Below are positions 58,203 to 64,000 of a DNA stretch of 64,000 nucleotides, one piece after another. Origin of the DNA: Candidatus Hydrogenedentota bacterium (GTDB taxonomy: Bacteria > Hydrogenedentota > Hydrogenedentia > Hydrogenedentales > JAEUWI01); contig JAXMOL010000046.1 of assembly GCA_034669905.1 (NCBI GenBank), positions 1 through 64,000 of the forward strand. The letters run 5' to 3'. The number at the start of each line of letters is the position of its first letter. The first letter of the stretch is position 1. The notes under the pieces are model-generated. The model had not been told where the DNA came from. It was given only the letters and a program-made list of their open reading frames with translations, and ran no database searches. A program made the position numbers and the translations under genes.

Positions 58203-59489
58203 ATGTCCACATCCGCCAAACAATTCGTCGAAACGGTAACCCGTCAGGACCTTGCAGGACTGCGCGATCTCCTCCGTGATGCGCCGGACCCTGCTGCCTT
58301 CGTCAATGAGCCCCTGTTTTGTTTCGGCCAGCGTGCGGTCCATATGGCCAAGACATCACTTCCGCTACTGGATGTCCTGCTGGAGTTTGGCGCAGACATT
58401 AACCTCAAGAGTGACTGGGAGCCGGGTGGCTATCACGTGTTGGAGGAAACAACGCCGGCAGAAGGCGCCCCCCTGGTAGAGCGCGGTGCGGTGCCAGATA
58501 TCTTCGCCTATACGGGCTGGGACGACGTGGTCCAGGTGGCGCGATTACTCGCCGAAGACCCTGGCCTGGTCCATGCCACCGGGGGCGACGGGGTACGTCC
58601 CCTCCACTACGCCCAAAGCGTGGATATGGCCCGCCTCCTCCTCGACGCCGGTGCGGATATGGAGGCCCGGTGCTGTGACCACGAGTCCACCGCGGCCCAA
58701 TACATGGTGACGAAACGTCCCGCCGTGCTGGGCTTCCTCCTGGACCGAGGGGCCCATGTCGATCTCTTTATGGCGGTGGCCCTTGGGGATGTGGCGCGGG
58801 TGGCGAGCTTGCTGGATGCCGAGCCTGAATCGGCCCATTGGCGCATCGGAGAAGGCCGCTACGACGTGCCAACCCGCGACCCGGCGGGCATCCAGGGAGG
58901 AAACATTTATCTTTGGCGTCTCGGCGGTGGCCTCTCGCCCATTGAAGTGGCGAGCAGGCTGGGCAAGGACGACGTGGCCGATCTCCTTTACCCCCACTCG
59001 GCCCCCCGGGATCGCTTCGCTTCGGCCGTCCAACTGGGACAGACGGAACGTGCGCGCAGCGTGCTGGCAGAGCACCCGGACGTAATGGAGTCCGGGAAGC
59101 CACCCCTCACCCACCTGCTCGGCGACCTGGTGTGGTCAGGGAATCAGGCAGGGGTGGTCACTTTCTTGGCATGCGGCGTCTCCGTAGACGCCCGCTGGCA
59201 TTACCAGCATACGCCCCTCATCATCGCGGCGCTCCGGGGCTTTCCAGACATCATGGACGTGCTTTTGGCCCATGGTGCGGACCTTGAAGCACGCAATGAT
59301 TTCGGGGGAACGGCGGTGGGTGCAGTGGCCTTCGGTTCCGTAACGACCCCGGAATTCGGGACGAATCCCGACGGTGACTACGCGGCATGCGCACGGATAT
59401 TGGTGAAGGCAGGTGCTTCGGTCGATTTTACTTTTGATACGGGAGCCCCAAGCGTTATCGCGATTTTGAAGGGTTCACGAACGGAATGA
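58203..59489 (+). CDS. Ankyrin-repeat protein
   Basis: LLEFGADIN, PLHYA..LLLDAGADME, TPLIIAALRG..LLAHGADLEARN. Confidence 0.85.
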   Translation: MSTSAKQFVETVTRQDLAGLRDLLRDAPDPAAFVNEPLFCFGQRAVHMAKTSLPLLDVLLEFGADINLKSDWEPGGYHVLEETTPAEGAPLVERGAVPDIFAYTGWDDVVQVARLLAEDPGLVHATGGDGVRPLHYAQSVDMARLLLDAGADMEARCCDHESTAAQYMVTKRPAVLGFLLDRGAHVDLFMAVALGDVARVASLLDAEPESAHWRIGEGRYDVPTRDPAGIQGGNIYLWRLGGGLSPIEVASRLGKDDVADLLYPHSAPRDRFASAVQLGQTERARSVLAEHPDVMESGKPPLTHLLGDLVWSGNQAGVVTFLACGVSVDARWHYQHTPLIIAALRGFPDIMDVLLAHGADLEARNDFGGTAVGAVAFGSVTTPEFGTNPDGDYAACARILVKAGASVDFTFDTGAPSVIAILKGSRTE

Positions 59490-59529
59490 CTGCCTTGCAG
59501 TCACCCTGCGAATGAACTATTGCCCACGA

Positions 59530-59545
59530 TGGCACAGACTTTGCG
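59530..59545 (+). promoter_or_regulatory. Sigma54 (-24/-12) promoter motif upstream of cusBA
   Basis: TGGCAC-AGACT-TTGCG matches TGGCAC-N5-TTGC with exact GG-N10-GC spacing. Confidence 0.65.
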
Positions 59546-59630
59546 TTACGCCGGTAGTGTGTAGAACACGCGCTGTGTCGTCGTCTTTGTTATGATGACG
59601 GCACCTTCACCCAGAAACAGGACCCTTCGC

Positions 59631-61706
59631 ATGGAATCAAATACACCTTCATCTACTTCGCCCTTGCGCGCGGTGCTCGCCTTTCTCCTTCGAAATGTCA
59701 CCGGTTTGGTCTTGCTGGCGGCGGGGATTACCCTTGGTTTTTACCTGGGGAGCGGCAGTGCGCCCCAGGAAAGTCACACGGAGGCCCACCCGGCGGCACA
59801 CGAAGAGGCGGGACCCCAAGTCTGGACCTGTTCCATGCACCCCCAGGTGCAACAACCCAACCCTGGCCAATGTCCGCTCTGCGGCATGGATCTTATCCCC
59901 CTGGAGGAAGACACGGGCGGCGGCGGTCCACGCACCTTCAAGACCAGTGATGCGGCGAAGGCCCTTATGCAGATTGAGACCTCCGAAGTAGAGCACCGTT
60001 TTGTGGCCAAGAAGATACGGATGGTAGGCAAGCTCGACTTCGATGAAACCCGCTTGGGCTACATCACCGCCTGGGTACCCGGACGTATCGACCGACTCTT
60101 CGTGGATTACACGGGGGTGGAGGTGCAAAAGGGGGACCACCTGGTCGACCTCTACAGCCCGGAGCTCATTCTCGCGCAGGCGGAACTCCGACAGGCCGCG
60201 AAGGCGGTGGCCGACATGCGCCCCACGTCGCCGGAGGTACTGAAACGTACGGCGGAAACGACGCTCCAGGCCACCCGCGATAAGCTGCGTCGCTGGGGGT
60301 TGACCGACCGCCAGATCAACGACGCTGAAACCAAGGGCGTTGGCTCGGACCATATCACCATCTATGCGCCCATGAGCGGCACGGTGATTGACCGGGTGGG
60401 CCAGGAAGGCATGTATGTCGACGAGGGCACCCGGGTCTATACCATCGCCGACCTTTCCACCTTATGGCTCCAGCTCGATGCCTATGAGTCCGACCTTACC
60501 TGGCTCCACTACGGGCAGTCCCTCACCTTTACGACCGAGGCGTACCCGGGCGAAGTATTTAAAGGCAAGATATCCTTCATAGACCCGGTCTTAAACAAGG
60601 ATACCCGCACGGTAAAAGTCCGTGTGGTGGTGGAAAACAAAGACAAGCGTCTCAAACCGGAGATGTTTGTGCGCGCTGTGGTGGAGGCCCAGGTGGCCAC
60701 CGGCGGTCGGGTCATGGACCAGGCGCTGGCGGGCAAGTGGATCTCCCCCATGCACCCCGAGATTGTGAAGGACAAGCCGGGGAGTTGCGACGTGTGTGGC
60801 ATGGCCCTCGTCAAAGCGGAGAAGCTGGGCTATGTGCCCGCGACGGCGACGGAGTCTGACATGCCCCTGGTGATTCCCGCCACCGCGCCCCTGGTAACCG
60901 GTACCCGGGCGGTAGTCTACGTGGAGCAACCGGGTGCGGAGGCACCGACTTATGAAGGCCGCAGTATCACCTTGGGGCCTCGCGCCGGGGATTACTACAT
61001 CGTGGAGGAGGGCCTGGAAGCGGGCGAACGGGTGGTCACCCGGGGTAACTTCAAGATTGATAGCGCCCTGCAGATTCAGGCGAAGAGCAGCATGATGTCC
61101 GGTGACGAAGCGGAAGACCACAGTGGCCACGGACACGCCATGTCGGACGCCGAGGCAGAAATTACGACCTATGAGGCCCCCGCCGCCTTTCAGGAACAAC
61201 TGTCTGCCGTGGTCACCGCCTATGCCACCTTGTCTGATGCCTTGGCTGCCGATGACGAAAGGGCTGGCGAGGTGTTGGTTCCTCCCTTCCTGCAAGCTGT
61301 TGTCGGCGTCGACATGCAACTGCTGAAGGGCGATGCGCATATGGCCTGGATGACTTTGCTGGAGGATTTGAAGCAATCTTCGGAGACGCTCCTTGCGCAA
61401 CGTGATATCGAAGCCCAGCGGAACGCCCTGGCCCCCCTTACCGCAGCCCTGACCCGGTCCGTCAAGACCTTCGGGCTTCCCGAGGGGCTCTCCGTCTGGC
61501 GCATGCATTGCCCTATGGCCCTGGATAGCGCGGGTGCCGACTGGCTCCAACTGGACGAAGAAAAGCGGAATCCCTATATGGGGGCGGCCATGCTGAAGTG
61601 TGGCACGGTGGAGGAATCCCTCACGGACCCGACACCGGCCGCCGACAATGGCGCGACGGAAAGCATGGAAGAAGGTTCTTCGACGAAGGCGGGTGACAAT
61701 GCCTGA
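59631..61706 (+). CDS. cusB: CusB-like heavy-metal efflux RND periplasmic adaptor with two heavy-metal-binding domains and a C-terminal DUF3347-like domain
   Basis: WTCSMHPQ..PGQCPLCGMDL, LYSPEL, LKPEMF, WISPMHPEI..PGSCDVCGM, HCPMA...WLQ...NPYMG..MLKCG. Confidence 0.85.
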   Translation: MESNTPSSTSPLRAVLAFLLRNVTGLVLLAAGITLGFYLGSGSAPQESHTEAHPAAHEEAGPQVWTCSMHPQVQQPNPGQCPLCGMDLIPLEEDTGGGGPRTFKTSDAAKALMQIETSEVEHRFVAKKIRMVGKLDFDETRLGYITAWVPGRIDRLFVDYTGVEVQKGDHLVDLYSPELILAQAELRQAAKAVADMRPTSPEVLKRTAETTLQATRDKLRRWGLTDRQINDAETKGVGSDHITIYAPMSGTVIDRVGQEGMYVDEGTRVYTIADLSTLWLQLDAYESDLTWLHYGQSLTFTTEAYPGEVFKGKISFIDPVLNKDTRTVKVRVVVENKDKRLKPEMFVRAVVEAQVATGGRVMDQALAGKWISPMHPEIVKDKPGSCDVCGMALVKAEKLGYVPATATESDMPLVIPATAPLVTGTRAVVYVEQPGAEAPTYEGRSITLGPRAGDYYIVEEGLEAGERVVTRGNFKIDSALQIQAKSSMMSGDEAEDHSGHGHAMSDAEAEITTYEAPAAFQEQLSAVVTAYATLSDALAADDERAGEVLVPPFLQAVVGVDMQLLKGDAHMAWMTLLEDLKQSSETLLAQRDIEAQRNALAPLTAALTRSVKTFGLPEGLSVWRMHCPMALDSAGADWLQLDEEKRNPYMGAAMLKCGTVEESLTDPTPAADNGATESMEEGSSTKAGDNA

Positions 61707-64000
61707 TTTGAAAAATACCTTTCAGCCCGACCGCAGTGCCATGTCCTTCATGGACAAGGTCATCTGGTTTTGTCTCACGAACAAGCTCGTCGTGGGCATG
61801 ATAATCGTCTTTGTCGTGGGATGGGGAATTCGCGTGGCGCCCTTCGACTGGGATGTCCAATGGATGCCCCGGGACGCCGTCGCGGTGGATGCGATTCCCG
61901 ATATCGGCGAGAACCAGCAGATTGTGTTCACGGAATGGATGGGCCGCTCTCCCCAGGATGTGGAAGATCAAATCACCTATCCCCTGACGGTCTCCCTCTT
62001 GGGTATCCCCCAGGTTAAGACCGTTCGGAGCTTTTCCTTCTTTGGCTTCTCCAGTATCTACATCATCTTCAAGGAAGATGCCGAGTTTTACTGGTCGCGT
62101 AGCCGGGTCTTGGAAAAGCTGAACAGCCTGCCCGCCGGGACCCTTCCGGCCGATGTACAGCCCACCCTGGGCCCCGACGCGACGGCTTTGGGACAGATCT
62201 TCTGGTATACCCTCGAAGGCCGTGACCCTGATGGCAATCCAACGGGCGGTTGGGATTTGGCCGAACTGCGCAGCATCCAGGATTGGTATGTGCGCTATGG
62301 CCTCCAAGCGGCGGATGGTGTGAGCGAAGTGGCGTCGGTCGGTGGTTTCGTCCAGGAATACCAGATAGACGTCGACCCCGATGCCATGCGGGCCGCCCGG
62401 GTCAAACTGTCCGACGTATTTAATGCGGTGCGCTCCTCCAACGTGGATGTGGGTGCCCGCACCATCGAAGTGAACAGCGTGGAATATGTGGTCCGCGGTC
62501 TCGGATTCATCGAAAGTGTTTCCGATATCGAAGAAACCGTCATCGTCGCCAACGACAACGTGCCCATCCGCATCAAGGACGTCGCGAAGGTCACGCTGGG
62601 GCCGGCCCTGCGCCGTGGCGCCATCGATAAAGAAGGCGGTGAAGCCGTGGGTGGCGTGGTCGTTGCGCGCTATGGGGCCAACCCCTTGGACGTCATCAAG
62701 AACGTCAAGTTAAAACTCGAAGAAATCGGGCCGGGGCTTCCCACCAAGGCCTTCATCGATATGAGCAAGGTCCGCCATGCCGAGGTCGTCGCGTTCTCCA
62801 GGCGCCACGGATTCGAGGCATTCTCCGATGGTGCCCTCAATCAGGATGCGTGGCTGGCGTGGCTTCGGGCCAATCCCGATGACTGGCCCGAGTGGGCGAC
62901 CATCAGCCAGGTCACCGCGATTCCGTTCTATGACAGAACCGGCCTTATCAAAGAGACCCTCGGCACCCTCAACACGGCCCTCGTACAGGAAATCCTGGTT
63001 ACGATCATCGTCGTGATCGTCATGCTGCGGCACCTGCGGAGTTCCCTGTTGATCAGTGGACTCCTTCCGCTGGCGGTGCTCATGTGCTTCATTGCCATGA
63101 AACAGTTTGAAGTAGATGCCAACATCGTGGCCCTTTCGGGAATCGCCATTGCCATTGGCACCATGGTTGATATGGGGGTGGTGATCTGTGAAAATATCCT
63201 CCAGCGGCTGGACGATGAAGAACGCACCGATTCGCCGCTCCAGCGCATCTACGAGGCCAGCAGTGAAGTGGGCTCGGCAGTCCTCACGGCGGTCGCGACG
63301 ACTATCGTGAGTTTCTTACCGGTATTTACCATGACGGCCGCCGAAGGGAAGCTGTTCCGGCCCCTCGCCTATACGAAAACCTTTGCCCTCATCGCTTCCG
63401 TCGTAGTCGCTCTGACGATTATCCCCCCTGTCGCCCATGTCTTACTCGGACAGTCGTCGCGCCCGGGCGTCCGCCGATTATTTGGGCCGGGCCTCCTGGT
63501 GCTGGTGGGTATAATCGCTCTCTTCTACGCGCCCTGGTGGCTCGGTGTCCTCGCCATCCTGTTGGGAACCTATCAGTGCCTCGTTCCCATACTCCCCACG
63601 GCCGTGACACGCTTCGGAGCGCTCATCACCAATGGGGCCATCGTGCTCATGGTGGCCCTCTTTCTCGCAGGCGACTGGTCACCCCTGGGCGCCGAACGGG
63701 GCCTGGCCAGTAACATGCTTTTCCTCGCCATCCTGCTGGGTGGACTGCTCGGATTCTTCCAGGTGTTTCAATGGTGTTACGTGCCGTTGCTTCGGTGGCT
63801 GTTACAGCATAAGGTGCTTTATCTCAGCGTGGCGATGGTGGTCGTTTTGGCGGGGTTCTCGGTTTGGCTGGGATTCGGAACGCTCTTTGGATTTGTGCCC
63901 CGGATGGCTGAGCGCGGAGGTATGGACCCCGCCCGGATTACCAGCAACACGGTCTGGAGCAAGGCGATCCATACCTTCCCGGGACTTGGCAAAGAGTTTA
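61699..64000 (+). CDS. cusA: CusA/CzcA heavy-metal efflux RND permease (5' part; runs off the window, so absent from the ORF track)
   Basis: My translation from ATG 61699: VDAIPDIGENQQIVFTEWMGRSPQDVEDQITYPL, LGPDATALGQ, PFYDRTGLI, IAIAIGTMVD, EGKLFRPLAYTKTF; overlaps the cusB stop. Confidence 0.9.
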   Translation, partial: MPDLKNTFQPDRSAMSFMDKVIWFCLTNKLVVGMIIVFVVGWGIRVAPFDWDVQWMPRDAVAVDAIPDIGENQQIVFTEWMGRSPQDVEDQITYPLTVSLLGIPQVKTVRSFSFFGFSSIYIIFKEDAEFYWSRSRVLEKLNSLPAGTLPADVQPTLGPDATALGQIFWYTLEGRDPDGNPTGGWDLAELRSIQDWYVRYGLQAADGVSEVASVGGFVQEYQIDVDPDAMRAARVKLSDVFNAVRSSNVDVGARTIEVNSVEYVVRGLGFIESVSDIEETVIVANDNVPIRIKDVAKVTLGPALRRGAIDKEGGEAVGGVVVARYGANPLDVIKNVKLKLEEIGPGLPTKAFIDMSKVRHAEVVAFSRRHGFEAFSDGALNQDAWLAWLRANPDDWPEWATISQVTAIPFYDRTGLIKETLGTLNTALVQEILVTIIVVIVMLRHLRSSLLISGLLPLAVLMCFIAMKQFEVDANIVALSGIAIAIGTMVDMGVVICENILQRLDDEERTDSPLQRIYEASSEVGSAVLTAVATTIVSFLPVFTMTAAEGKLFRPLAYTKTFALIASVVVALTIIPPVAHVLLGQSSRPGVRRLFGPGLLVLVGIIALFYAPWWLGVLAILLGTYQCLVPILPTAVTRFGALITNGAIVLMVALFLAGDWSPLGAERGLASNMLFLAILLGGLLGFFQVFQWCYVPLLRWLLQHKVLYLSVAMVVVLAGFSVWLGFGTLFGFVPRMAERGGMDPARITSNTVWSKAIHTFPGLGKEF

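Overview
GC-rich bacterial chromosomal window with about 37 protein-coding genes and no rRNA, tRNA, CRISPR array or intact transposase that I could recognise. The gene content points to a PVC-like carbohydrate degrader: three sulfatases, two PVC-type heme-c dehydrogenase-like proteins, tandem DUF1080 genes, a DUF1559 prepilin-like protein, and a CotH/lamin-tail lipoprotein with a (Gly-Glu)40 linker. My best guess is Candidatus Hydrogenedentota; this is inferred from the GE linker and the style of the DUF1559 protein and was not checked by any search. Recognisable housekeeping or physiology genes are pfk, sugE/gdx, an MscK-like channel, mnmG, rimK, cydAB and cusBA (cusA runs off the window end). 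The best candidates for an under-described system are: (i) a RimB-like protease / RimK-RCK_C fusion / M14 amidohydrolase operon, possibly a ligand-regulated polyglutamate write-erase system; (ii) a co-directional GntR-LacI regulator / DUF1559 pilin-like / beta-helix / diheme cytochrome c locus with candidate operators; (iii) a deacetylase-FG-GAP-heme dehydrogenase mega-fusion divergent from duplicated DUF1080 genes, possibly oxidative glycoside cleavage; (iv) a B12-radical SAM plus membrane protein pair. Non-coding oddities include a REPIN-like inverted doublet, a 23-bp direct repeat linking a promoter to the inside of its own gene, and a sigma54 motif before cusBA. All family calls come from reading motifs by eye; no database searches were run.
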